Below, in pieces: positions 21,781 through 35,332 of a stretch of 64,000 bases of DNA. Numbering within the stretch: position 1 is the stretch's first letter; each line of letters starts with the position of its first letter. This DNA is from Marsupella aquatica. Taxonomy: Eukaryota; Plantae; Marchantiophyta. Below the pieces are notes generated by a model that worked only from the letters and a program-made list of their open reading frames with translations, made no database searches and was not told the DNA's origin. Made by a program: the position numbers and the translations under genes. The stretch lies in contig OZ316897.1 in NCBI GenBank assembly GCA_973895155.1, positions 14,321,375 to 14,385,374 of the forward strand, in the 5' to 3' direction.

Positions 21781-23680
21781 TGATGATCGATAATGCTTAA
21801 AGATGATGCAAATGGAGGCGAGTCAAAGGGAGTCCCGAAGAAGTAGGAGATGCCACACAGTTTTTGAAAGAATTGATGCTAACGGCGAGTGGAATCCTCG
21901 ATTCTAAGAGTCGTAGAAAGGTAATGAAACGCAGGAAGCAGCGAGATGCAAGAAGGGGCAAGTTGAAAAGCTATGCAGGACAGAGGCCAGAGCTAGGAAA
22001 CTGCGGAGAAGTTAACTGTTGAGCTCCTAAAAAACGCTTTGAGTTATCACATCCTGTTAGCGTCTTGCACCTCTTCGTTCCCTCCAAATCGCTCTCCTTC
22101 CAAGCCACTACAGCTACTTACTTCCCTACCGATCTCTCCGTCTAACACCGTGACCGTTCTTCTCGCCAGTGTACCTTGCTCTACTTACTCTCCCTCGAGC
22201 ATTGTCAAGCTACTTAAGAATCAATCTGATGAGCTCCCTCCCTGACTCTCCCCATCCCTTCAGCGATTCAAGGTTTACCTTCCTCGCCGTCATCTCCCCA
22301 TTTCTCCATCTTGATCTGCACCTTTCTAGCCCAATAGCTGTCAGGAACTGCTGCCTTTTACTTCCTCATTCTCGTTGTACCGTTTAAAGATCGGAATCGC
22401 TTTGCTTTTCTCTTCAACACCTGTTGCTGATTGATTCAATACAACCTTTGTGAGCTCCTTAATTTTTCATTTTGGCCCGCAGGCAAAGGTTACTTCTCAC
22501 CGATTCTGCTCGTCCTTACAACTTTTACAGCCGTGACCTGAGTATCTCATTCCGTCGACTTATTTTCAACCGAGCTCTCTGCACATTTACCCAACGCGTT
22601 CCTGTGTCCTTCCACGTCTCCCTACGAGGACCTTAGAATGGCTTATAAGATGTAAAGCTACCTAATTTCCGTCGTTTCTGCTTTAAAAACAACACTACGT
22701 GAACCAATTGGCACCTTCTTGTCAATTGAGTAGTGCTAAACTCAATTGGCAGAGTAGATTTGGAAGCAGTTGTTGTTTGTTGTATGAATGCTCGCTGCAC
22801 ATGAGTTAATGCCACTAGAGACAGGTGACGGAAGTCCAGAACCACCTTCTTCCATCACTTATAGGAATAGTTACTCCCTAAACTGTCTGGGTGGTTCTCC
22901 CCTCCCGTCCGTCTGTCAAAGTAGGCTCTGCAGAAAAGCGCGCGGATGGGTGATGTTCAAAATGCTATTTCGTATGTGTTTGTGCTGCTCTGCTCGTTGA
23001 TTTTCGTATCTGTTGTACTCGGGGAGTGACTTCACGGAATATCACAATTCCAGGGGGACGGAGAAGCAAGCAGAGCAGCAAAGAGGGCAGATTTCCTTAT
23101 GCATCATCTCAGAATATGCCCAATTTCGTCTTGTCGTCTTACCAGATTGCAGGAACAGCATTGAAGCAATTGGCTTATGCGCAAGCCCCTACTGTCTTTG
23201 TACATTATCAGGAGAAAGGGGTGGTCTCTAGGAAGGCGCAGCTGTTTTTGAAGGTGGCGTCATTTAGGTGGCAAGCTTCCCTGCAGCAGCAGCAACCGCT
23301 CCCATGCGTTTGAGGAACGTTGAGATTCAGCGAGGTAGGTGCATTGCTGCAGAAACGGCTCTCCGCTTGTGATTCTGTAGAGGGAACGTCAGTGTTAGTA
23401 TGCAAGAAAAGTTGTGCTTCCGCTGTACGTGGAAACTCACGAGGGAGAGTTGCATAGATTACTTAATTAATTCCCGCGTATCCATCGAATGATTTTCAAC
23501 GAAATTTTTGTCGTAAAGACTTCGCGCTGCTGGCGTTTCTATCGAATCCTTTCTTGATACTGCCTTAATCCTGGTCCCCCAAGTCATACATAATCCACGT
23601 TGATGAGATGGGCTCACAGGTCACGTCGGGGGATGGGGACACTTTTCACAAATTAAGGCAGTGTGACGGACTTGCGGCAA

Positions 23681-26600
23681 ATGGCAGAGGGTGTGCAGAC
23701 CCTTGCGTCAGCGCTTGACACCCAACCACGTCCCACTCTGCCTCAATGTCCAGTACCTGTATCTTTACATGGCTTCCAATTGTTTCCTATGGAGGGGGAA
23801 GGCATTGACGCCTTGACTTCAACTCGGTTCCACACTGTCTCGCAGTTGAAATCATGGCAGCATAGGCGGGCTTTTGAGTCCTATACATCATCTCCTCAGG
23901 TAGCTTCTTCTGGCTCTCCCAGTATCTGTGGGCTATCTGAAAGTCGGATGAAAACTGGTGTCTTTCGCCAGGACGGATCAATGGCTCTTCCATCCTATTT
24001 CCCTGGTGATGACCAAATCGGACCACATCAGCAAATTAGACCAGTCTCTATGCCGGTTGTACCTCGGCAACCTCTACTGCACCCAGGAGTTACATCCTAC
24101 GGGTCTAATGACGGCTTGAGGGGTCCAAGGCAGGACTGTTCCTGCGAGGCATTCCGAGTGAGACCAGAGAACATGTCAAGCGCTCCAACAGTCCAGCTCC
24201 AGCCAGCCGCTACGCCCAGTTCACAATCTTTTCTGAGTTTTCCTGACTCTCCAACTGGAATGCAAACGGCACCCAGTCGCCCTCAATCTGTTGCCAACTT
24301 CCTTCAATGCCCGGACTTAAAGCAACTGTGGCAGTCCAATCATGCCAGCCTTCTTCATTGTTGGTATGGTTTGCATCAGCAGAGACCACCACCTATGCCT
24401 CTGTCACCTTCTGATCAGTTCTTGCAGGCTCACTACAATGGCCAATTTCCTGTTCATAGTGGTGGTGGCTCTTTGGTTGATAGTCGCCTTCCGCAAGGTT
24501 CCCACAGGTCTTGTAAATACTGCTCGCCCTCCTTGCCCTTTTTAAATATGGGTCAAACTGCTCATGACTCATATACTCCTCCAACTGTATCTATCCCGAA
24601 TACGATGGCTACTGCAGCTCACTCATGGGGTGTGGCGTCTCCATTCTACCTTTTCCCATGCCAGAGAGCTACACCAACCCACACACTCCAAACACCGGTT
24701 GCCGCCTTTGCCTCACCATCAGACAAGCTTTCTGCTCTTTTCCACTCTCTCCAAGGTTCAAGTAGTTCACCACTTGTATATTCTTCCACTCTCCAGCTAT
24801 CAGCACAAAGTGCTTTTGGCTATGTGAAACAAAATACGCATGAAGCTCCATGTCTCACTGGCCTACCCAAGGTGGCCGACTGCATGTGGGTGAAACAAAA
24901 TCAGCCAACGCAAGATCTGGCTCCAATATCTGTGGGTATCAACCAACAATTGAATCCTGCAGCTAAACAGGATCAGTTGGAGGACCATTCTATCCGTTGC
25001 AGGCATCAGTGCCTGTCCATGAAGGTTTCAAACTTTGGCGAGCCATTGACTGCGATATCTCCAGTTACAAATCACCCTACGGTCAGCTGTTTTCATGAGT
25101 CGATTCAGTACTATTGCTTTCCAAACTCGAACCTTTACTTTATCTGGTATGAAGTACCCAGAATGAGAACAGGGACAAGATAACATATCTTTATAAATAC
25201 AGGATGGGATATGTTCAATTTGTCTCATGGGACTAGTGCTCCTAAGGTCCCTTTTGAATATCTTCTCTGCATTTACTTTGTTTGAACTTTGGATCTGGGA
25301 ATCAGGAATGCATTTTGAACTCCCCGGAGACGTCACAAGGATTGCAACCAAGATGTGACGTTTCACAACTACCTTCGTGTGGACGAGAGGATCCTTCATG
25401 TACAGCAGAAGGAAGGAACCACCTGCAGAAGGTATCTGGAAAGGGACAATGGAAAATATCAGAGGATAAATTGCTGAGTAAGCTTGTGAAAAATTATGGC
25501 ACAAGACGGTGGTCATTCATTGCAACGTTCATGACAAGTGAGTACAAGACATGCCATTTCTCCTTCTCCCATAGCTTTTTACTAAATTAGATGATCACTA
25601 GCCTCACGAGGAACATGAGCTGAACCGACTTTTAAGGCAATGTCATTTGCAACTGGAAGAGTAGGTGAATCCAGGCTTGAGCTGCATCTAGAAATTTTCT
25701 AATGGCTTCGACAAATTCTAATCTGCTTTACGGTGTCTGGATCCATGCTCAGAAGCCTACTCAGTCTTTGCAACTATGATTGAGGCAAATTAGGTTCAGT
25801 GCTTGCGAGTTTGGCTTTTTCCGCATGCATGATGGATGGTGTCTTACATCTTAAGAAGCAAACGGCGCGCATCTAGATCGAGTCCTGGTAACTCTTATGA
25901 AGCTTTGCATCGTTTCTTGAGCAAATAAATTGGGATTTTTCAACTAGCACACTAAAAGACGTTGGGCGGAAACGTTCAATTTTAACGTTCGAAGGTGTGG
26001 AGATTTCTTACTTGACTTTGTTAAGACGAGAAATATACATGAACCCAATTTGATGAAAACTACTGTCCTTTCCACCATGAGCTATTCTAGGCTGCTTGCA
26101 AAATGTTCGTCTTGCTCGCCTGAATAGGAGCCATGAGTCCGGAGTTTTTCCGAAATTGATACCGCGGAATTTTGGAAATAGTAGATAAAAGAAATCCACC
26201 CGCATGCTTTGCTCAGATCGATCAGGGAAGCAGTGCAGAGAGCGATGGGTGAATCACCTTCAGCCTAACATAAGAAAAGAATGCTGGACTGCCAAGGAAG
26301 AGGAACTTCTAGTTCATGCTCATTCCACCTTTGGAAACAGATGGTCAGCAATAGCCAAGGTCTACAATCCTTGTTAACCCTCATTCTCAGTGGGCGGTAT
26401 CTCGTCTGCTTAGTCCGCAAGTATTGGTCACAGTTTTTGAGTATCAGCGAGCTGAATTGATGCACTTTGCACCGGTTTATTTAAATGGTTTTCGAATGAT
26501 CTCATTTCATTAAGACCAATATGTGCGTGATTACATAAATGCAGATGCTTCCAGGGAGGACAGACAATTCCATAAAAAACCACTGGCATTCTGCTCTTCG

Positions 26601-27008
26601 GAAAAAGGTGCCGATATCCTCCACAACTAAATCTTTTAGAAGCAATAGTTGGTTGGTCATCTTGGGTCAGGCGACTTCTATCCTGTACCCTATTGTAGGA
26701 CTCAAACCAGTTATTATTAGCATTTCTTTAATTTTTTTCACACTGAAATGAATGCAGTTCATGCGAAAGGAACCGTCGGAGTCATTTGATCAATTCAATG
26801 GTCTAGTGCGAGGATTCTGTCAAATTGATCATGATTTCTGAAGCAGAAATTTGCTGCGTTGCAGGGTCGTCACGGACAGTCTCGACCAAGCCTTTTGAGA
26901 GACTACATTCAGCAAAAAGCAACTGCTAGTCTTGACACCTTATCTCAAAACGTTGGCAGCTTGAGCTCGTCGCCCTTGCCAGTTAGAGATGCCTCACTTG
27001 TCAGCTAA
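23681..27008 (+). CDS. R2R3-MYB transcription factor, MYB98/MYB64/MYB119/FGMYB-like clade (~641 aa). Exons 23681-25024, 25306-25537, 26217-26359, 26545-26607, 26865-27008
   Basis: Spliced product: KGQWKISEDKLLSKLVKNYGTRRWSFIATFMTNRSGKQCRERWVNHLQPNIRKECWTAKEEELLVHAHSTFGNRWSAIAKMLPGRTDNSIKNHWHSALRKK, followed by RPSLLRDYIQ (resembles the SLLQDYIKS motif after the MYB domain in MYB98-type proteins). All introns are GT-AG and in phase. The long P/S/Q-rich exon 1 and the start codon are less certain. Confidence 0.85.
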
Positions 27009-28618
27009 GATGAAAAAGCAAGTTACAGAAGACATAGATTCTTGCAGCTTCATATGATTCTCAATTCCACAAGGAGAGCAGCTAGAAACCTCAAAAAAGC
27101 GATTGCTTCTTTGACCATTTGCAATGACAGGCCCAACGTTAATAATTTTGGATGGATTTGAGTGATGGTGGGAGAGTTCGATAGGAACTAGTGAGGCATT
27201 CTCCCTGATAAATATTACACCCATTAGCCAATTTTAGCATATGGTTTAGAATATGATTCTAGACCATGAACTCCGAAAATCCATTTAAATCAATGATGAA
27301 AGAGTCATCTCTGTTTTGTTCCTTGATATGTACCTTGTCTCTCTACATGTGATCTGGTCATTTATACATTGAGGCTCCAAGCGTCCAAGCCCTTATTTAT
27401 GCATGTTCTTGCCATGAACCCGCAAGATCTCAAGCTTTCCAGTTTCGAGTAAACGAAGTGAATATCATGCCTGTGTAGCAATCTAAAAGCACACAACTAA
27501 TACTTTGATCTAAATTGATGCTCCTTTTCTCAGCGTCGACATTCCCGATCCGCCAGCTAAGGTTAGCAGTAGAGTATTCACTGTCACACCTTCCGTGCCT
27601 TTCTGTGTGGCCAACGCTCCTTTGCGAAAGTCGACATCAGCGGTGAATTCTCGGTGATCGGTGGTGGTTTAGATCGATCGGGTCGATGCTTCATATGTGA
27701 TTTAAAGTGCTTCATATATAACACAATAAAGCCTTGATAATGTTGGAGGGGAATACAGTATAATTCTTTTCATTTTCCGAGCAATAATGTCAATCGACAA
27801 TCCAAAGCTTGAACTCCAGAACTTAGGTTCGTTTATCCATTGTTCCCAGATTTTCTGAACGCCCAATTTTGCATAGACAGTTTAACGTTTAATGTTTTGT
27901 GAGTAGCAAAAGTACCCAGGTGCCAAATTGCTGGCCATTTGTCTCCAAAAGATGTTTGATTGACCGACTCCTGATGATCTACACGAAGTCAGGATTCCTA
28001 CTTTAGGAATGACGTGACGCAGAGAAGAAGCCGATCTAATCTAACTATGCAGAGTGGCCTTGAGTGATCACTGAGCTCAGGTGGGCCCTGGGGCTCAGAA
28101 AACCCAGAAATTTCAGATCAAAACACATCTTACTCCGAAAAGTTTGCACTTCAGGACCTTACAACGCATGGAGCTTCTTGGGTTCATGATCAGAAATCAG
28201 AACCCAAGACCTACTCAACGGAGACGGTAGCTGGCGACTAGTGTCCTATAATCTCTTTTGCCAGATCTGCAAAAGGTCACACTGTTTTTGTCTTCCATGA
28301 GCCACAAACCCCACTAGCAGAAATAAAATGTTTACACCTATAACTAGAGAGAACTCACTGTCACAAATTCATCTAGGAATATTAGATGAGCAATATTCCT
28401 GGCATTCTCTCCTAAATTTGACGCATGGACCATAAGGTTGGTCCTTGAAATCCCCATGGACCACATTACCCAAAATTAGAGTTTAATTGTAATTTGATAT
28501 GCATAAATTCAAATAGTTTAGAGTTCTGGGGATATGCAAGAGGATTGGGTAAGCTACACTTCCATCAAAGTGAGAGTGAATATTTGAGTATTTGGGTTGA
28601 GTTTTCCATCACAAATTG

Positions 28619-28748
28619 GGTGATCCATCTTGGCTTCAGTTTCATTTTCTCCCACTGTCCAACATGGTGGTCCATCTTGACTGCAGTTTCATTTTCTCCC
28701 ATTGTCCAACATGGTGGTCCATCCTGGTTTCAGTTTCATTTTCTCCTT
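28619..28748 (+). repeat. Short tandem repeat (~47 bp x3)
   Basis: tccatc(t/c)tg...cagtttcattttctcc repeated three times. Confidence 0.8.
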
Positions 28749-30350
28749 TACATATTGTGGAGTGGTGGACCACGCCACCCAGCGCCCTCACCAATCCCAG
28801 CACTTGCGCCTAAGTGCCCTTGGTGCCCGAACGCCTCCACGGAATACCTCGAGCAAGCATCCAAGCACCATTTGCGCCCACTCCCATACGAAGCCGCACT
28901 TGCTCACCTACACGACCGCTACTCAACGGTCCTCACTGTCTGCACAAACAACCAAGCACCTCGGTAAGTAACCCCTCCGGATCTAGAACTCACCCAGTCT
29001 AGCATCCTAACTCAAGTTCAACAGATGTTGGTAAATAGGTCAGCGATAGGTCCTCCCGATGCCATAAGTCGTAACTGGAACCCACGCCCCCTGTCCGTCC
29101 AGGACAGCTCCTTCCTTGGGCGTGGCCCGGGTTCCCCCTCGTACCTATCCATCACCAACTGACTGCCCTGACCTCAGGACATGCTCATGGCCCAAATAGC
29201 GTAGCTTGTCCCAAGCTTGTCTAAACACGCCGGGACCAGAACGGCCTCGACTCTAACAACCGCTCCCGGTTTGCCCCACTGACGGTCTAGGGACCGAGCG
29301 CCCCTGGGACTCAGCCTCCATACCTACTTGGCCTTGCCTCCCCAACGCAAGCTCCCTTGGGAGGCTGAACGCGGCTTGGCTGCTGTTCGACAGGATTTGG
29401 CAAGCGGGCGAGCTAACACCCACAAACCACAAGAACCCATGCACCCCTGGACCCATCTGAGCTCAGGAGAGCGTAGCCCTCCCCAAGAGCTTTCCAACGC
29501 ACCCAAGAAGTCCTCCAACAAACTATATCGCCATTTCCGTTTGGCGGTTTCCCTTAGTGTCGTGACCGCCGCGGCTCACGACTTCGGCTCGGCCTTAGCC
29601 CCCAGGGAGACACCACTTCCCTCATATATGCTTCTGGAGACCTGCCACCCTCGGACCAGTTTTGGTCCCTAAACATTTGGCCCCAAACCCGGATCTCATC
29701 GCGCATAATGGGCGCGCCACCAACTGGCAATGCCCATAACTTTCTTGATAGGCATCCGCAAGTGTAGTGCCTTAGCCCGTTATGACCGGGCCAACCCAGT
29801 GCTCATGCCTAGGCCCTCAGGTCTGATCGTCGCTCGGGGCCCCCGACCGGCCCAACCCGGATTGGGCCACAACTTGCGCCCCAAGCGTCCGTTGCCAATG
29901 GCATCAACTCCATCGGCCTTGGGCCCAAGAGGGGCTCACTCCCAAGCCCTCAGAACTCAAAGCCCATCCGACGGTCCAGACGGCCATCCTTGAGCCCGGC
30001 CCATTTGCCCTTGACCCAACCAGCCATAGGCTAGTCCAAGTCCTTAGTGTGTATCCCTAGCTTGGCCCCTTGCCTCGCTAGTGCCACGTCTCATTGTCCA
30101 CAAGTCTCCCCGTGCTAGTCCTCCCCGGATGGCCTATCCGGGCCTGGACCATAAGGGAGCTCGACGTCAGAGTCAGCGACGCCGGAGCTAAGTGTTAAGA
30201 TAATCGAGTTCCGCGTCTTGTGGCCATAAAACTATTGGTGAGGAAAAGGAAGCTAGGATAGACAACTAAGTTTGTCACTATGGTCCCATGGATTTTTGCA
30301 ACTCACATAGAGGGCATTTAGTATATATATATCAAAGTGCCCAAGGGCAA

Positions 30351-30406
30351 AAACAGGTGAACCCGGAAAAAACGGTGAACCCGGAAAAAACGGTGAACCC
30401 GGAAAC
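30351..30406 (+). repeat. 18-bp tandem repeat x3 abutting the transposon left end
   Basis: ggtgaacccggaaaaaac repeated. Confidence 0.85.
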
Positions 30407-32014
30407 CAATAGGGCGTCTCAAACTTAAGCATTTGGAATTCCGAATGGCACCCGGGATTTCACAGTCGCGGGCCGCCCGGATCAGGTGGTCGGCCCACCG
30501 ATTTGGTGACCGAAAAGTTTTTACCGGGTTTTTTTGGTCACCCGGTCGTCCGCTATGGACTAACCCTGGGTTGGATAGGCAGGTGGCAACTAACTGAAGC
30601 AGCAGACGAGGGCGACTCGAGAATCAAAACCGAACTAGGTGGAGCACTAGACGGGACGAACACGAGAAACGAACACGAACGCGAGACTAGCCCAGACGGG
30701 ACAACTGCTAAGAAACAAACACGAACTCGACATTCAACTCGAGGGCCTCCACTTTTCGTATGATTGCGTGGATCAGTCTGTTTCTGTGCTCTCGATTCGG
30801 ACGCAGAAAGCAGGAGGACGAGGAGGAGCAGCAGCAAACCTCTCTGTCGCGGGTTCTCTATCGCAATTCTGCGTCAAGGGAAAGGATTCTGGCTGTGAAT
30901 CCGGGAGCTATGGAATTCGAGGATCCATGAGCAGGAGGAGAGCGATTCTAGTTGCTGGAAAGGTTTAGGGCGTGATGGTGGCCGGTCGATGACAGAGTGA
31001 TCGTTGTGATGTCGAATTTGGAATGGCTGCTCCACCAGGTGAGAGATAATTTCGAGGGCTGCAGGGGATTAAGGGGTTTCTCGGTTGCGTGAATCCCCTT
31101 CGAGTGTTTGAAGAATAATCTATCCAGGGGATCTAGTTTCCTGTCTCTTTCGATGAAGTTTCTTGTCTCTTCCGATGAAGTTTCCGCCCTCTGTGTAGTG
31201 GTTTGCTCTTCAAATTGCCTGCATAAATGTATGCTTGAAATTTCTGGAGAAATGAACCTTAATGGCAGCTTTACGATGGGCCGTATGTGCTAAACTTTCC
31301 ACGCCTGTTCAATTTCTTTGTGCGCAGACGTTAAGGCGGGTTGAGAGTGAGCGATACAAGTGCTGGTCTGCCCGAATAGATTGAGATTTTCGTCGTCGTT
31401 GAGCTGAGATTACATTAGCTGTGGTGATCAAAGATGGCGACAGAGAGAGCAGCAAGATGCTTTTGCAACCACGGCCACGGGCACGCCTATCACCTTCGAG
31501 CGCCCTCTTCCCACCGAGCTCAAGTTTGCAAAGTCATGTAAGTAGAGCTTTTCTTTGGCAAAGTTATTCGAGTTTGAACCTCGTTGTATCATTTTGCATT
31601 AATGTCTGCAAGTTAATTAATTAGCCCTTAGATTAGACAGACAAACATGTGTCCCTAAGATGTTTTTCTCATAATGAAATTTATGAGTGAGACGAGTAGC
31701 AACATGTACCTGGCTGATGTCGAGCATTAAATTCAAGTTAATTTTAAAATGGTCCTTAGACTGGTACTGCTCCATCTGCAGTAGCTAGTGGAACTTCATG
31801 ACGATCATCTACGCGTTGCCTTCTGGACAAGAGGAGCGTCTAGGGGGGTACCTCACTTGATCCTCATTTTACCACATTATCGAAATTACATCACCGAAAG
31901 CTAGAGCCCAGGGTAGAAGGTCAAGACTGTAAGCAAACAAGGAACATCCTAGTTTAATTGGGTAATGACAATGTCCTATCGTGAATTGTGTTTGCAGTAA
32001 CTTGATCTGACACT

Positions 32015-33558
32015 ATGCCTCGAGTTTCACAACGACAAATACAGCTCAGGGCTGTAAAACAGAAACTTGAGCTTAACATTGCCCTCCTCAGCGACAGTGA
32101 TGAGTCTGACGAAGGTGAGAAGGTGTTTCATAAGATGCCTGGACAACTGAAGTGTGCAGGGATTGGAAATTTCAGTAATGAACTGTCTGATGATAGTTGC
32201 CTCCAGCTTGATTCATCTGGAGACAGTGACCATGACGAGTATGACCAAGACGACACAAGACCTGAGGACTTGCTAGAGTTGTATTTTGTGCTATATAACA
32301 CCAGGTATTTCATGCCTCGTCATGTGAGTCTGAAGTCCAATGACTTTGCCACTCAATTCTTCCATAACCTGCCAGAACTACTTTTCAGGCAACTTACAAG
32401 GATGAATAAGAATTCCTTTTTCCATTTGCTTGACTTGGTATCGACTCATCCAGTCTTTCAGAACAGGTCCCAATTTGAGCAAGCTCCTATAGTCAGGCAA
32501 ATGGCAGTTTGCCTTGACCGTCTTGGGCATGATGGTAACGGGGCTTGTCTTAACCATATGATCCCTACCTGGGGTGTAAGTACCGGTTCTTTGGTGAATT
32601 TTTCGAAACGATGCTTCTGTGCACTTGAATCTGTTCTTGCAGACCAGATCCAATGGCCAACTAGGGATGAGCGTCTTCAGCTGAGTGATGGTTTTGCCAG
32701 ACTTGGATTCCCTGGATGCATTGGTCTCATAGATGGGTCTCTCCTACCTCTTGCACAAAGACCTGCTCTCCATGGTGAGTGCTATTACGACAGGAAGTCC
32801 AGGTACTCAGTTAATGCTCAAGTGGTTTGTGACAATCGACGCAAAATCCTCTTCATGTTTACAGGTCTGTGTTGCTCCTCACTTCATAACCAGTGCTTGT
32901 ATTCTGTCACTGGCATGCTCTTTAACCATTCAATTCCGCTTAGCGTTTAATGTCTTTATCTTGACTTTGTTACAAATCACTCCTTACAGGAATGCCAGGC
33001 TCCTGTAGTGACCTCACATGTGTGAAACGCTCCCCACTATTCCAGTACTGCAATGGAGTTGGTGGAACACTTCTTTTCGATGAAAATCAGTACCTGCTAG
33101 GTGACAGTGGGTACCAAGCTCTTCCCCACTTGGTCTGCGCTTTTAAAAGGTCTGACTTCTGTCAAGACAAGGAGGACTTCAATACTTGCATTGCAAAGTG
33201 CCGGGTCACAAATGAGCACTGTATAGGGGTACTAAAATCCCGTTGGCATTCACTGAAGGAGGTCCGCACTCAATTGAACAAGAGTAAGGACTCTCTCTGG
33301 ATGATACGGTGGGTTTCCTTGTGTGGCAAACTGCATAATTACGTTATGAGCATGAACGACGAATGGTCTGAATCTGACATGGAAGAGGATAATTGTGATG
33401 AGCCCCCAGCTGTAGTGGAGGAGGCAGACATAGTCCCAGACCCTGCACGTTCCTCAAGGCGGAGAACTGCTGAGGCTGGTCACGCTATTTTACTCAGGGT
33501 TATGGACGATGCTCTCACATTCTACCGCCAACCAGGAGGATTTTTGCACCATGACTGA
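32015..33558 (+). CDS. Harbinger/PIF DDE transposase (HARBI1-like, ~472 aa). Exons 32015-32864, 32990-33558
   Basis: Motifs CIGLIDGS, YYDRKSRYSVNAQVVCD, GMPGSCSD, YLLGDSGY, RVTNEHCIGVLKSRW, LHNY. A 125-nt GT-AG intron joins the two ORFs in frame. Confidence 0.92.
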
Positions 33559-35332
33559 AGAAATAGCTTTACAGTGCTATTGTCTAGGAAACAGGAGTGT
33601 TCCTATGTTGGGTTATTCTGTGGAGCCCGAACTTGTCATTTACTAAAGTTGATTGTTTTTTAAACTCGATTTCCTTCTATTGTGGAGAGGAATTGATAAA
33701 CAATTACTTGTCTATGTGTTCAGACAAATTGCATTACAACCTCCGTTGTACCCTAAGATTCATTATCGTCTCTTTTCTACTCGACTGTGTGAATTATGTG
33801 AAGATGAATTGTGTGAATTATGTGACTCTCTGCTGTGCTCTGAGTACCTAGCTCTTGTTGAGTGACTTGACTTGGAATCCTTGAGGCTTGATCGTTTCTC
33901 AGACGTGTTACGCGCACACTGTTGTCGTAATTGTTGATCATCGCGCGCACACTGTTGTCGTAATTGTTGATCATCGCACTGTCTCACTCTGGACCCTAAG
34001 CAATCGTTCCGTAAGGAATTGGAGAGGTGTCAGATTGTTGGGACTCTTTGCTTCGGTTCTGGATCTAGCTCTTGCTCCCCAGTTATTGCGCACAATGTTG
34101 TGATAATTTGCTTTTTGTCTCTCAAGCACCCTACGCAGCTTGTTTCTCCATGGAATTGGAGAGAGGTCGGGTTTCGGGTTTAGCCTGGATTCTGGTCGGG
34201 CGACTATGGCGACGCAGTTCGTTTCGATGATATGTGGAAGGAGCTGGCAATGAAACGCCTGAGAGAGCAAGGAAGAGGTATTTCCTACGATGCAGAGCAA
34301 TTCACACTTCAGATGGCCGCCGACCTTTCTGCGCGGAAGCGAATTGTTGTTAGGGAATGTCTACAATGTAGTTGTGTTGTTGGAGATCTTCTAATGCATG
34401 ATTGGAGCCCTGACAACCTCATGCGGATTGATGACCAGTGCCGGTGATGTGCGCAATTCATTTAACAAGGGGTACAAAATTATGCAGTTAATTATTCGAC
34501 AGGGATTGGAGTTTGGGCTAACTTGTTGGCCTTCAGTTGTGTTTGAGGAGGAGAGTTCAATGCATTCGTCGATGAATCCAGCCTCGGACCTGAGATGTAG
34601 GAGGTGAATCCGTTTATGTCACTCTGTATCTCCCCTCTTCGTATAGCTCAGGATCGGATTATCAGATATGAGGACCGAAAGGGATGTAAAAGACCCCTTG
34701 ACAAGAACGTCACAGCGACGAAGGACGCTGTCGAATATCACCAACCTTTCTCTCTCCGCCAGTTGGGCCAGCGATGCTCGAGAGGGTCTGAAGGCCAAGA
34801 CCCCAAGCAAGACACTTAGTTTCAACGAGTCTCAGCACGGACCAATCGATCCCCAGCAACATATCAAGGAAACTAAGGAGTAGAAGTGCACAAAGGCGAC
34901 ATTCAATTGGAAACATCGTAATGGACGAGGACTGGAATGATTCGACCAACGTGGACAGTAGAAGCCAAAAGGATGGCGTGAGGAGGTCAGACTTAAGCAG
35001 ACGGCGTCCGGCAGTCTCGAAAGAAAGTGGTGGATAATTTAAACCTGATTTGAATATCCACATTCCTCATGGAAGCAGGGAACGAAACAACATGAAGGCA
35101 GTTATGATGGCAACGGAGCCTTAAAATTTGAGAGCCATGAACAAAAGTAGTCTACGGTGACAGTGGAGTTCCTGAGAAACAGGCATCGGCCTGGAGGAGA
35201 GTGGTGTAAAGTTCCTGCGTCTAATCTGCTCAAGTGCTTGGCTTAATTACGGAGAACTATTCCCCCCTGAAGAATGAACTAAGTACTCACCATCGAATGA
35301 ATCTACCTCTACTCTAGTGTACTGATCTACAC

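Noticed and set aside
25025-25183. C-terminal part of the 506-aa ORF 23663..25183 as a stand-alone gene
   Set aside because: Better explained as read-through into intron 1 of the MYB gene (in-phase AAG|GT donor at 25025).
28770-30200. GC-rich segment with several short ORFs (possible retroelement relic)
   Set aside because: No RT/gag/integrase motif, LTR pair or TSD could be identified by eye.
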